Shown here: one piece after another, positions 36,299-50,790 of the stretch | Layout of the letters: the number at the start of each line of letters is the position of its first letter | How positions within the stretch are numbered: position 1 is the first letter of the stretch | Source: Azolla caroliniana | Taxonomy: Eukaryota > Plantae > Polypodiophyta | Assembly: GCA_043228905.1 (NCBI GenBank) | Contig: JBHGNT010000013.1 | Location: 13,454,001-13,518,000, forward strand | DNA: 64,000 bases | Reading direction: 5' to 3' | Program-made: the position numbers and the translations under genes | The notes under the pieces: model-generated | Told to the model about the DNA's origin: nothing | The model's database searches: none | What the model saw: the letters and a program-made list of their open reading frames with translations, nothing else

Positions 36299-38646
36299 GG
36301 GATATGACCTTTATCTTATATGTAACGAGAATTTACACATTGCTGCAATATCGGCAACCATAAAAATGTCAAGTCTCTAGCACTGGTAAAGAATTGGGGC
36401 AAAGATGGGAATTCCATTTTCTTATGTCAACATAGTGTTCAGCATGTGAGAATATCTGTGAATCTTCTGAACAAAAAGACGTATTACTTCAAGCTCTACT
36501 ATTTGATTATGTTCTCGTAATGTTATGGAAAGATACTTTGTTCTAAACTGGAACCAGTGTGAGCAGTAAGCATCATAGTGGTATAAAAGAGCACTACAAG
36601 GAAACCAATACTTGAAAGGTCATTGCAGGAATCTTAATGAAGATTATTTTTATGCTGAGATCAAAAGACATTTTTTTTGGTTTATGTAACTAATGCTAAA
36701 GATAGCAAGTTGAAGTATGAGGGCATATTGAGCTTCGGTGCATACTTTCTACAACCTCAAAAAGTGACAATGAAGAAGGTTATCCAGTTATGAACTTGCA
36801 GTTGACAGTTTATGTTTGAGAGAACTCAAACTAAGGGACTTCTATACCACTCAAGGCATGCCGTTGAGAATAAAGATAAAATAACTGAAGCTGCAGAGAA
36901 ATGGTTAATCAGTGATAGTTGTCAGGCAAAGGAAGTTTCTATCAAATGATGCCTTCTAATCTATGGAGCTTTCCTTCCGAACATGAAAGTATAGCATTCT
37001 ACCCTTGCTTCCTGTATTCCTACAAACATCCATATGAGAGCATATCTCAGAGGTCTAAGTTTGTCTCAAAAATGCTTTGCATGAACATGCATAAGAAGTT
37101 GAAAGATTAAAATTTATTAGATATTAAAATATTCCAATGATTAAAATTAAAAGATATGGTGTGAGAATTGGCAGAAGTTTGATGATTAAATTTATCAGGA
37201 AGGTAATGCTTAGGAGGCAAGACCTATTTTGGTAAACTAACTATAACTAGCAAGGAATAATTGGATTAGCCTAGTAGATAACAACTAATCAATGTAACAT
37301 TGAGCTGTGACTTGGTGAAACTGCTGTGGAGAATTTTATGTTATCATGTTGTGACTTGTGAGATTAAATCACCAAAGCTGGGTATGCAAACACCACTGAT
37401 AGCAGAAAATTTACATTGTATGTGAGGGCAATTAATCAACGAATGTGAAGTGTGTCGTGCTACCAGCATCAAAATTCTCCTCAAGAAATTCGGTCTAAAA
37501 ATAAATTGAATGAGTGTAGTGTCCAGTTTAGAACAGATAAAAGAATAAACTGATTAGTAGTGTACTTTCGTTGTCTTGACAAAATTTGAAGTATGGAGCC
37601 TGAATATATCAATGACAAGTGCAAAAACTACGAGGGAAAAAAAGTCCCGTAATAATTTATCCACACTCTTGGGGTTCTATACAAATTATAAAATAATTGG
37701 AATTGCATTTATGTTCATAAGTAAGTTTAAGGTGTTTCAAACTGACTAACAGAGAATATATCCCTTTGATGTAGAAGAATGCAAATTATACTGAATTAAT
37801 TCTGCCTTTTTAGTGGCCTCCCTCAAAGCTGCCATGTTATAGGAAATGTCACTCACAACAGACTTCTGTTTGTTTTATTAAAATATGAAGCATTTAATCT
37901 CCTCTTCAAAGACAAGACAGCATGCAAATAGATCAGTTTTCTCTAGGTCTCCAACAAACACATCATTGATACCCTATAGGCACTATTTTGGATGTTTGCA
38001 TACCTAGCACTCGTGGCTTAATGTTGAGAAACACATGGTTTAGTTGAATTCCGAGTAAATAGACGTGAGAGATTTTCCCAAGTACATAGAAGTGAGATTT
38101 TCCCGCCCCATAATATGGATTCATGGGTAAATATTGGAGTGACTTTATAATATACTGCATGTGTTTGAACATCAAATTAGCTCCACATTTCAGATTCTTA
38201 ATTCTGCAAGCATATTTTTCAGAAATAAAACCCTTTCAGGATTCTCTTTATATGCTTTACGTAAGTTACAAATATACATCAGGAACCTACTAGAAAGTTC
38301 CATGAACAATGAATTTGCAGGAGGAATAGAATGAAGCCTATAAAATTGGAACCAAGCTGTGAATATGTAGCTTGTCAGGTGTAAAGGGTTGACAGAAGAC
38401 ATAACCCCAGGCATGGGGAAGAATCGAATTTACAAAAATAAAAACAAAGATGACTCATCTTTCTGTGTTGAATTGTTGGACTGCACTGTTGAGTTGAAAG
38501 AGCATTCCTTCAATCCATTTCTCAATTCTTCCCAAGTTGATATAAAAAATCCATGCCAAAATTTCTCAGACCTTATATAAACAAAACTACAAAATCTTTG
38601 AGCTCTTGCTTTATGTTTGATACCACCCTTCAACCTACGATCTGCT

Positions 38647-41600
38647 TCAGAATAAGAGGACAGTCATCCAGATGTGCAATATAACCCAGTACAGCATCAC
38701 ACTCAACCTTGCCTCTGGCCTTCGCATTAGAAGTCGTTCTCCAGAAACCCTTCAAAACACCAAGAAGCAGAAGAAAAACAAACAGATTAAGCCTCCAAAA
38801 TTCATAATTTCAATTCATTGGTTGAAGATAATTCAGCAAGCTAAAACAATGCTTACCAAAACCCATCTATCCGATCAACTAAAAAGCGTGCCCCACGAGG
38901 AATTAATCTTGATGCTGTGAGCGGCTTAAATATATGTCCTGCATAAACATACTCCAGTTAGAAGAATGATTGCAAAAAAGTTTGGATAATATAAGAACAA
39001 ACTGGATACCTTTGTCGTCATCAGTGGAATCTAATAAAGATCTGTCACTCTGCATATCCACGTCAACCACAAATTGATCTGATGCAGATACTTTCCGTCC
39101 ACGAGTTACAACAGCAGGTGATTGTACTATAAGCTTTGCTCTATTTCCCTGAAGCATATAAATAATGTTAAATTAAATATTGACACGTTGAACCACAGGA
39201 CATTGATCTATCAGATTCCCCTCTCATTTTGAACACTAGAAAACATGAAAAATATACCGTTTCATCAACTTGTGTTGAAGGTCTTGTCTTGTCAGGCATA
39301 ATCAAATCATCTCTTTCTTCCAATATCCTCTCATTTTCTTGAAGAGATGCCTGAAGGAATTTGACCTTTCCAGCCAAATCATTATGCCTCATCTGCATAT
39401 CTTGCAACAACGCATCCTTTCTAGCAAGTTCAATGCGTAGATCTTCTGATCCAACCTGCATTCTTGTGGCTAGTGTCCCAAGAAGCTCATTAATGCTATT
39501 AACATCAATTTGCGAATCTGATTCACTTGGCAATTCAACACCCTGATTATCCTTTCCAATGATCTCCTTTAATCGTTTGTGAATCTGTGACAGATTGGTC
39601 GACTTGTCATCCACAAGAATTTTCAAACTGGCTATCTCAGTTCTTTTCAACGCAATCTCATCTCTCAACTGCGAATTTTGTGCATCCCGACCCTCTAAGA
39701 GTAAATGTTGACCTTGAGCTTCCTCAATGAGCTTCTCAGCAAGTCTCTTAAAGTTATTGAAATTATTAACAGTTGCAGAGAACCTGCTTGAAGCCTTACT
39801 AAGAGAAGCCTCCAGATCTTGTTTTGATTTCTGAAGCTCCTCTACCTTGGCAGAGAGTTCAGCTACCTGTGTCTCTGCTTTGTTCAGGGCTCCTACAAGC
39901 TTTGATTCCTCTGCAAGATTCATTAAATGGTGGAATTGTAAGTTCAGAAAAAATATACTGCATTTTCTTTAAAACATAATGGCTTAATTCAGTTATACCC
40001 TGTTTTTTTATTGACAAGATATCCTGATGTGAATGTAGTTCTTCATACATCCTCTGTACATTCACTTCACAGGCTTCCAAAGATTTTTGTAGTTCGGCAA
40101 TCTTGAGCTTATCTTGATGTTGCAGTTCATCCATCCTACTGCAAATTAACTCTGCTTCAGTCAGCTGACTTCTGATTTCTTGATTTTGTTTCTTGATTTC
40201 ACCACTTTCTTCCACATATAGTGCGAGATCTTTGACAGCACAGTCCAATCGTCCCACTAAGCTAAGTGCAAGCTTCTCTAAATCAGTTGATGCAGTTGAT
40301 GCTACATCTGAATCGAGTATGTCGAACCTTGAATTGTTACTTGATTGTAGTTGGATTCGCCTTCTAACTCCTTCAAGCTCTACAATTGCAGTTTTGACTT
40401 GTTCTACAACAGTCTTCAACTGAACATCTAAATTGGCAATCTCTTTATCCTTCTGAAGCATCAAGGACTCCAATGATGTTGAAACGTCAGCATCCATCAC
40501 CTGATTCTTCATCTTTTGTGAAATTAAGTGAATTTCATTACATGCCCCCAATAGTAATTGTGACATAGCTACAGAATCCTGAGAAGCTGCTACTATGAAG
40601 TTACTTAAAAAACTGCCAAAACTCTGGAGATCAGACTCCATCATCTCACACAGTAATTTCATAGAGCTAGTGTCCACCCCGTGTTTCCAGTCTTTGTGAC
40701 TCACTAAAAGCTGCAACAAGACAAGCATAAAGGTGTAAAGTCAATAAAAAAGAGAGGGGGGTGGCTTACAGAGGGGAAAAAGATACCTCTGATTTCCACA
40801 TTGTAGGGTAGGAATCCTTCATAAAATGCTCATGAGCTATGAATGTAGCATTGGTTGTTTGGCCTTCCAAAGAAGAAAACTCTTCTGAAAGCCGTATTGC
40901 CAAAGCATTCCTCCCTTTCATGTCTTCTGCTAGCTTCAAGCACTCATTAGCAAGCATCTTCAGTAAAGAACCCTGGCAGTCTTTTAAAGAGTTCACTTTG
41001 GTATATAAATGAGGCAAATCTTTAAGCTGTTCTAGAGATTTTTCTTGCTCACGTCCAAGCTCCTCCAACTGAACTGATAATGCAGTGTTCTCTCTTTCCA
41101 ACTTCCCTATGGATTCTTTTGATTGGGTCAACTCGAACAGAAGAGAGTTTATATTTGCCATTGCATGTTCTAGGCGGAAGACAGTCTCTGCCTTGGCTGC
41201 CTCAACTTTCTTTTTGTCCTCAATCAGGATAGAAATGTTGTTTTCAGCAAGCTTCAACTCCTCGTTTAGAGAGTCCAACCTTTCCTGTGTTTCTTCTACC
41301 TCAAGGGCTAACAGCTCAACAGCCCTCTTTGATTTCTTGGCTTCTTGCTCACTGACTCCTATCTTCTTTTGGGCATCAACCACAGTCTGTGAAAGCCACT
41401 GTATCGTATGTCCAATGTCTGCTGAATGAGGAGCACCTGTCATGCTTAAATTCCCAACAACTTCAATAAACTTCTGCAATGCTCTATTACTCTCCTGCAA
41501 GGATCTCTCAATGTTGAGAGCCTGATCTTTGGAGGTTGACAATTCAGCTCCTAATAAATCCACTCTCTGTAATAGATGTTTGATGTTCTGTTCTGCCTTT

Positions 41601-44600
41601 TTCAAAGCCATATCTCCTGCTTCTCTCTCTTTAATAACTCTACTGAGCTCAGCAATTTTCTCTTCCAATGATTGCTTTAGAGCATCCCGTTGCTGAACAA
41701 CATTCTTGCCTTTCTTTATAGCCAGGCTCAACTTTTCCCGAACAGATGCAAGCTTTTCTTCTGATTGACTAGCTTCCATACTTGACTTTGCAATTTCGCT
41801 TCTCATTAACGAAAGTTTCTCAGACATTTCCTTCACCTGAGTTTGTGATTCATTAACTTCATTCTCAAGTGCTGATTTGATTACATGGAGTTCTTCAATT
41901 TGTCGGCACAAATTACTTTCACTTATAATCTTCAATGAAAGTGCTTCACCTAATTCATTTAACTCTGACTCTCTCTCTTTATCAACCAAACTTGAAGCCA
42001 ACAGTTTCTCAACTTCAGCTTTTGCATCTGCAATTTTCATAGCCAAATCCCTACAGTTATCACCAAGCAATTTCACTAGTTGTCCTATTGCTATACTCAT
42101 AGTGGGAGCAGAAAGTGTTCTTTTGATTTCCTCTGCCTGCAGAACATCGCCTAGCATGGTAGGGAAACTAACAATAAGAGTTTCTAGGTCTGTATGCTGC
42201 ACTGGAGATTGGATCTGTTCGTTTCTCTCCTGTTCTGTCTCATCTGGATAGGACCTTTCTGACACACCAATTTCAGAATGAACTTGAAGGGTTAGTCTTG
42301 ATGTGTTGTTGTATTTGGAAGTCACATCCTCCAAATCCATTACTGTCACTTTCAACTCCTTCTCCTTTGCCTCTAGCTCACAACTGATCATATCATTCTG
42401 CACCTGTAACTTATGAAGAGCATTATTCAGGGATTCAATTGTTGCTTTCAAGGTTTCCACTTCTTGTTGAAGAAGATTAGAGCGAGCATATGAATCAGAA
42501 ACCTCTTTGCCCAACCACTCAATTCTATCCTCTGCTTCTTTTGACCTCACTGTTGGAGGCATCTCGATCGCATCTAACACCTGCTCCCACTTTTGTATTA
42601 TAAGGTTCCTCTCAACCAAAGACTGCTCCAACATAGCAGACTGCTCTGCCATTCCCCTGTATTTTCGAAGTAGATCATCACACTTTCGGTTTAACTCTTC
42701 AATTTCCTGTGTCTGTAAATCTGGGTCTGTACCTGATGACTCATCTAGTCCCCTTACTTGGGGTTGACCTTCCCCTTCAAGCAGGAGGTTTCTTCGACTA
42801 TATGCTTCAATTAAAAAATCTACTTTCTCAAATATATCTTTAAGCAGTATCTCTTCTGGTAGATTTGAATCTTCCAAGATCTCCTCGATCTTCTGGAGTA
42901 TAGCATCCTTTTGCAAGAAAGATTCCCTTAAAGCATTTGCAGAATTTCTTATGTACGAAAGCTCTGATTCTAAAGCTTCTACACGGTCCACTGACTCTGC
43001 ATACAGTTTGACTTTGTTATAAGCTTCACTTAGGGCAGACTCTTTTAGCTGCAGCTCATGTTTATATGAGGATGTTATGGCATCTAACTCTGCAGTTTTC
43101 TCCGCTAGCAACTGCTTCAGGTTGTCTCTCTGCTGAAGAAGAGCTTTTCCTTTAGTTACTGCCATGCTCAACTTCTCTCTAACTCCAAGCAATTTTTCTT
43201 CCGCCTGTTGGACCTTCTGCTCACTTTCGTCATTTGTTCTATTAAGCTGACTTGTTAAGAGGCTTATCTGATCATGCAAACCAGATATTTCTATCTCCTT
43301 AGAGGCCATGAGGGTTTTCAGCTCATCAACCTCTTCATGGGCAGGAGATTCAGAGTCATTAACTTTTTGTAAAAGCAGCTTAATTTCTGCAGAATAAACT
43401 CCATATTGCTCTAACAAAGATCTGACTGCATGTTCCATATCAGCCATTGAATTGCAATCAATGTCTTCTACCTGGTCTGGACCCCCTAGAGTTTCTCTTA
43501 TTCTCTTTGACAGGTTACTAATCTGCAAGCACATCCTGGAATATTGTTCTTTCTGTTCAGCATACAGTGTCTGTGTGCTTTTAAGTTCACTTTCTAATGC
43601 AATCTTTTCGTCGGAAGTCTTGGTTGCCTCTGCCACTACGCTGTCAACCTGTTCTGAAAGCCTTTGAATATCGGTATCTTTTATTGATAATAAGTCCTCC
43701 AACTGTCCAATCTTGCTTTCTATGTGTGTCCTTCCCTCCAAGTTCTTCTGAAGATCTTCATATCTCTGAGACAGCTCAGTAAGCTGCTTCAAATACCCGT
43801 CTTTAATTTCTATTTGTTGGAAAGTTTCCTCCCTTGCATGTGTAAGTTCATTGCTTAAAAGTTCTAGTTGGCTATGCAAAAGAGTCAATTCCTCCTGCTC
43901 TGAGATGGTAAGTGCTTTCAAGCTATCCATTTCCAGAGCCCTTTGAGAAAGGAGTTTCAGTTCCACACAATTTGTTTCATATTTTTCTAATAAATAGCCA
44001 ATTCCAATCTCCAGGGCACCCATGGAATCGGTGCTAATGTCCTCTGAATCATATGCAGTATTAACAGCAGAACATATCCTCTCAGATAGAGTACTAGCTT
44101 GTAAGCACATCCGTAAAAGCTTCTGCTCCTGCTCCATGTATAAGCTCCTAATGTGTTCAAGATCAGCTTCCAGAACATCCTTTACTTTACTAGATTTTGC
44201 TGCCTCTGTCATTACCAGATCGTAACTTTCGGAAAGCTCCAAAAACTGATTAGAAAGTTTCTCCATATCTGTGTCTCTCACTGATAATAAATTTTCCAAC
44301 TGGCTAAGCCTGATTTCCATCTTCATCTTTTCCTCTTGATCCTTTTGCAGGGACTCATACTTCTGGGTTAGCGCATTCAACTCCTGTCTCACCTTGTTTT
44401 CTTTATTAGAGGTTTCCTCTAGATTCTTTTGTATATCCTCATAGTTCTGAGAGAGCTCAGCAAACTCCTGCCTTACTTTCATTTCTGATTTCATCTTCTC
44501 GTCTAGATTCCTTTGCAGGTCATAATAGTTCAAAGATAGCTCAGTTAACTCTGTAGTAACTCCCGCTAAATGAGCCTCTCTACTTGATAGTTCATCCTGC

Positions 44601-47600
44601 AGCTGTCTCATTGCGCTTTGCATTTGTCCCCTTTCTTCTACATTTTCTTGCAATGTGTCAATCCAGGTATCACAATCTTGTTGTAGAGTCTCAAGGCTAG
44701 CAGTGGACAGCACTGCCTCATGAGATACCCCACTAATTTTCTCTTCTGCCTCATGATAAACGAGATGGTGCAGACGCCCAACCACATGCATTAGAACTTT
44801 CAAAGTCACATCTGTCCCATCAGTTCCTTTTTCAGCTTCAGCATTGAATTCAACCTGAAGCCCTTCACTCTCAGATTCCTTCACATGAACTGGGGTATGA
44901 AACTCCCTTGTCAAACCTGTCATTTCTTCTACTGTGACCTAAATGACATAGTTAAAAACCACAACATATCAATATGCTTCATTAACAAACAATCATCAGC
45001 ATCTACAGGAATTAAAGTTATCAAAAAATACTGAAATTTAAACATTTATAATTAACTTAGTAATCAAGCTATTGTCATGCTTTCACAAACTTTTCACACA
45101 TCCAGCGCTTGTTGATGTGAGGAACTCATGAAATCCAGCCTTGAGATAGACCACATAAGATACTCTATTCTCAGGCTCAAGGCAATAAAGACAACTCTTA
45201 ATATGGATCCTGTGAATCGGATTCATCCTGAGTGCAACTCTGACTCTGACTCTCAATAATTATATCCATCTTAATCATCAGAATACATTCTGGTTGTTTG
45301 CCTATGGCTTGCATGGTAATCAGAAATTAGTTTTGAAAAATTATATCCATCCTAACCATCAGAATACACTCATTGTTTGGCTATGGTTTCAACTGTTTTG
45401 CGTGCATGACAAACAGAAATTAGTTCTGAAAAATCCTTAAAAGTTGCAGGCTTATGAATTACGTGAGTAGATCAATCTTATCTAATGGATGATAGAAAAT
45501 ATTTGATTGAGAAGATAATTTGGATACTCCACGTCAAGATCATACTACACCATGGACACTTAGATCGCTGATGTACAGGTCATAGATAAATACTTTTATG
45601 CAATGGGATAAGAAATAGCTGAATAAGTCTGAACATGATATATGAGCGCATGCTACATATAGACTATTGTCTTTATTAAGATGCATGTGCAACCTGAGAC
45701 TCAAATCATGTCAAATGCTGAGTATTACAAGCAAGAATCATGGCACCTTTTCTGGGAGTTAACATTAGTCCCTACTACCTCCATAAAGCAGCACTCAGGT
45801 CTCTGCATGTCTTGACAATGGGCATAATGCAGTAACCATCCATGAGTTTTTATATGCAATTGTTATCCTTTCAAGGATATTAAAGAAACATTTGTGGAAC
45901 GATTTAGGTTTATGTGCAATGGTGCGCAATGGCAGTCACACATGCTGATACATTGGACTATAACAGAGTCTCATGGAATGAATATCCAACCATGACTCGG
46001 TCATTTTCCTTTTAAATATAATATATAGAACTCCTCTTCTCTGCTTCATTGATAGAAAGTATTCTACAAGATGACACTATTCTGGTGAGAAATAAGATCA
46101 AAGGAAATAGTTACTGCACTTCTTTTCTATGCTTGAATGATACAAGGCACTTTAAAAAATGACACTGGTATTATTCTGAAATATCAAATATATTTTTACC
46201 TTGTTGTCCCCTTGAGTACACCAAGCACTTGAGAAACACAAAACCTGTGAATCACCTAAGCTTTTTTGGTCATCACCTTGATTCTTTGTTAAAGCCAGTA
46301 AAGATGATTCTGACGCACAAATTTCAGGGTCTAAGTTTCTCTCAGATAAGTTCATATCAACGGAAGGTGGGCCCTCAGAAGCTCTAGATTCCTGCTCATT
46401 TAGTGGATTCACCGTGGAGTTGTTTAGGTTCACATTTGCACTAAAATCACCATCTTCATTACTCAAACTAGCATTTGCTGACGTATCTTTTTGTCCCTCA
46501 AAGTAAATTTCTCTTGTTGAGTCGCTACTTGGAATCTGTGGCCTTGAATCGTCCATCCTGATTGTAGAAGATCCTGGGGAAGAAAACTGTATATTAATTT
46601 TCTCCTCAACGGCATCTTTTTTATCGGTGGCTATTTCATTCAACTCAGACTCAACAGAAGTTACAAATGTCTGGTCTCCATTCAAAACATCTTTTGAGGA
46701 ATTTGCATCTAAAGCATATCCTATTTCAGATGCCAACTCAACCCCGCCTGCAGAAGCAACCACTAAATCATTGACAATTTCCACCATTTCAAGTGCATGA
46801 GACTTCATATCAGGATCTATTTCTACTGAAACAGTATTGCAACTTGGAATTTCCTCTTGATTAATAGACCTTGTTTCCTGATTCAATAAGGTTACACTTT
46901 CCTCTCCTGTTTCAGCACTAGAATCTATCTCAGATGTTAGTTTCCTAACCTCCTCAACAACTATGGATCCAATACTTCCTATTGTCTGTTCAGACTGATA
47001 TTGCAATTCTTCAATTTGATTTACAGGTGCATCTTCGTCTAATGTGTATGTGCTCATATGGTTGGGTGCTGCTACATCAATTTTCACCAGCCTGGGCAGT
47101 ATCACTTCAGGAGTGTTATGTTCTCCTATGCTCACATTTGATCGTTTGTCCTCACAAGATTCCATACTGCCAGAGATATTGTTGACATTGGACTCCAAGG
47201 GGGAATCTACTAGCTCAGAATCCCCTGCAAATGCATTTTCAACCATTCCTAAAGCACCCCCATCCTGAATCAAATCAGCATTTTCAAATTCTTCTTTCTG
47301 GCTCAAAATTCCTGCATCATTGGTCAGTACATCAGTGTGTACAATTTGAACATTTTGTTTGATATGTATTGGATTGGTATGTTCCTTGAGTATTGTTTTT
47401 TGATCCAAAAGCCCTATGCCAGTGAAGTTGTTGAGAGTATCTTGTTCTAGGATTTGATCTGTATGTTTGTCTAAAATATAACCATCTGATGTCACACAGC
47501 TTTCCACGCATGTATTTTCATCACACCCTTTGGAAATAGCCTCAAAACCTGTTTCCAACTGGGCAGACCCTATTTCTGTCTGATCAACTGCTATGGTCGC

Positions 47601-49983
47601 CGGTTGCTGATCTTCACTCCCCGTTAGAATACCTAAGGATGATTGTTCATTCAACTCCATCTGGCTGTCATCAAAGTGCTGGCCTATTGTATCTGAAAAA
47701 GACATGCTTACTGTTGCTTCGCTTACACTGGCCTCCCCAGCAAAATGGGAGTGGAGAAATTTTGAATGATTGTCATCAAGTGTCTTGTTTGATTCCGCTT
47801 CAGGACCAGCAGAAGTCTGGATTACAACCTCGTCAGACTCAATCTGATGCGCTAATGTGCCTTCAACTCTTTGGACTAGCAGAATATCCTCAGCACATTT
47901 GGAAGAAGCAATGGCAACATTATTATCATTGATCTGTGAGTTCAAATCATTTACAAGATTCACAGGTATATTGATATCCGAATCAAACCCAGATTCTGGT
48001 GAATATTCATTGTGTACCACCATTGTGATCTCACCAAAGTCATCGTTATTATCGGGCTCTATGTTTGAAGATTTTTTCATCATTCCAATGTCAGAACCAA
48101 TTTCAGGATGTAACATGCCTTCCTCTTCGCACAGTTGTGGGTTTTCCTGGAACTTCTTGGAGGGAACCTGTCCATGATCATTGCCATCGATTTTTACATG
48201 TGGAGAATCAAAAATATTAAAAGAAACTCCAGAGCTCATTCCTTGTGGTAATGTATCGTTACATTGCTCTGAGCCTTGAGCATCATCTAGCCCCATGCTT
48301 GGAAGCTCTGCCGTACTTAAATCACTGTCAGGACTCATCACTGGCTCTAATACATCTTTACTGTGACCTTGATTGTGAGACATGCCAATCATATCACTGC
48401 CCAATGTTTCTTCCTCTTTGGATGCATGGATCACATCGTGGACTTGATTTGGAAGCACATTGATTGCATCAGCATCAAAATTCTTAGAGTTCATTCGGTC
48501 TTCCATTATCATATCTTCCTTCTTCTCTGCTATTTCTGAAGGATTATTGATACTTGTAGTTCCACACATCTGAAGTTCATTGGATTCAGCCTCAGTACGC
48601 TCAACTTCATTGCCTAACTCTAACCTGCCACTCTCACACAACACATTGGGCACTTCTTTTAATTTAGCCATGTTTGTGACGGCAGGAGATATTGAAACAA
48701 CACTATCCTGAGGGATTTCATCTGAATATGAAGAAATGCTAATGTCAAAGTCAGAAGTCAAACTTGTACTACAACCCTCTTGGTTCATTCTGTCAGGTGA
48801 TCTAACCTCATCATTTGCTGAAGTCTCTGTTACGGTATTCTGTACGGAACCAATTGAATCACAAACCTCTGAAGTGGTGTGCTGAATATTGAATTCTGAA
48901 GAATCCACCTGAGACACTTCAGATCTTTGTTCCATTTCAATCCGACATTCTTCAACTAGATGTAGGTCAATTATGATTTTATCATTTGCAAATTTAGCAT
49001 TCTCACTGGTTTGTGTTTTGGATTTTGGATTTTTTTCAATGCCAGCTTCTAAATCAATCCCAATATTTCCATGACTTCCATCATTTTCCACTTTGGGGCC
49101 TTTTGACGAACTCCCTTTACCTTTCTTTTGTCGAAACTGCTCTAGCTGCACAAAGAAGCAGCAATCACATCAAGATCAACCCATTAATCTCGCATACTGG
49201 GCAAGATTACATGCAAAGCTAGTGCCTTAAGAATCAGCAAGATCACCATTAAAATGCATATCTTCAAGGAGTTAGTAATAACAAGAGCAATCATACTTCC
49301 AGTGTCATTATCACCACCAATTGCATAAAAAATCTAGTTTCATGTGAGAAACATTTAATTTTTCTGGTTTAGTAAGAGCAAAGATTTTGAAACTGACATT
49401 TTTTCTTGCTTTATCCAGTAAATACAATATATATGTGCAGTTTTCATGAGACCCATCCTGATGCTTACATGACTATGAAAAATCCCCTCAATGAATCCTA
49501 ACTCATTTTCATCCAACAATAAGATCAGAAGTAAACCTATATTAAATACTATGACACGTAACATATCTCATCTACCCTGAGGCAAAAAACCTATCACATC
49601 TACCTTATGTTACATATCACATCCCAACTACCATAAAACAGATATGGTATCGTATCTACCGTGTTCTCTTGAATGAAATCCAACCCAAAAGATGATTATT
49701 TCACAGACACATGTCTCTTCACTGTGAAGAAGTGTCTCAATGAAATCCAGCTCAAAAGATTATGATTCACAAACACATCGTTTCCCGATCAAAAGATCAC
49801 AACCAGAACTATAGTAAACCACAGAATGCAATACCATATCCACATCTAACAATGGTCTCTTGACTATGAAAAAGTGCCTGACAGATGCACCATCCAGACC
49901 ATACATAATTGGAAAGGTTAAGAATCACAAACCCGTTTTTTGCCAGCAGCCAACATTCCATCTTTATGTTTGGCTTTGTCCAT
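38647..49983 (-). CDS. TNO1: TGN-localized SYP41-interacting protein 1-like tail-anchored coiled-coil golgin, ~2,930 aa
   Basis: Exons at 49983-49933 (MDKAKHKDGMLAAGKKR), 49145-46245 (alternative donor at 46200), 44938-40787, 40710-39999, 39910-39258, 39148-39010, 38938-38857 and 38749-38647, with consistent phases. Hallmarks are LAAGKKRLEQFRQKK, REKLSMAVTKGKALLQQRD and the C-terminal DDDKGHIFKPLTASRLIP..DRIDGFWVSGERLLMRRPEARL followed by a TM helix. Confidence 0.9.
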
Positions 49984-50732
49984 GACGATTCAATTTTCTT
50001 TCATCTGACTATTATAATATTAGCAACCTGAAAAATATCTTTGAATTGGATCGATTTGAGTGGAATTGGATCCAGAGTAAGGTCGCGGTAATCTTCTTCA
50101 ATCTGATCGGTAGTTCCTGATCCAAAATCTGCGTACAATGAAACGACCTTATTTCCTTTGCAGATCTGCGTGATTTTCCGGTAACAATGTGCACACAAAC
50201 ATGAGCAGAAAAATTATGCCGATGTGCTTAAAAGCGGGTAAGAAAACCCTGATATATGACAAAGAACTTATTGAGCACTGAGGGAGAAGAAGAAGAAGAA
50301 GAAGAAGAGGACAGCGAAGGAAAACAGGAACAGAAAAGATCAACGGAAGGCAGGATACCTGAGAGAGGGGGGAGGGGAAGGAAGCGAAACCCTAAATTTG
50401 TAGCAGAAACCAAGATACAGAGAAAGTGTTGAATTCTGCCACCGGCAGTGGCGAGCCTGATGAGGAAGGAAATAAACCAAAATAATAATAATAATTTCAG
50501 GAATTAAATGAATAATTGGGAGAGAGAGAGAGAGAGAGAGAGAATGCGCGAACACACAATCAATTCAATCAACCACTCGAATTCTGTTGCTAATTTATTT
50601 TTGCACATGAAAGCTCAAGAGAAAACAAGCATAAAAGCACCACAAAAGACCTCGCGGAAGGACTCCCATGAGAAAATGTGTCATTTGCAATGGGCGTGCG
50701 GTCAGCCGGCCAATCATAAGGTGTCAAAGGAA

Positions 50733-50790
50733 GGAGGAGCCGTAACTTGTAAGAGCCAGTGAGGAGCCGTAACTTGTAAGAGCCAGTGAG
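50733..50790. repeat. ~27-bp tandem duplication upstream of TNO1
   Basis: ggagccgtaacttgtaagagccagtga occurs twice. Confidence 0.85.

Noticed and set aside
41085-48463. Plus-strand ORFs opposite the TNO1 exons
   Set aside because: They are antisense shadows of long coding exons.
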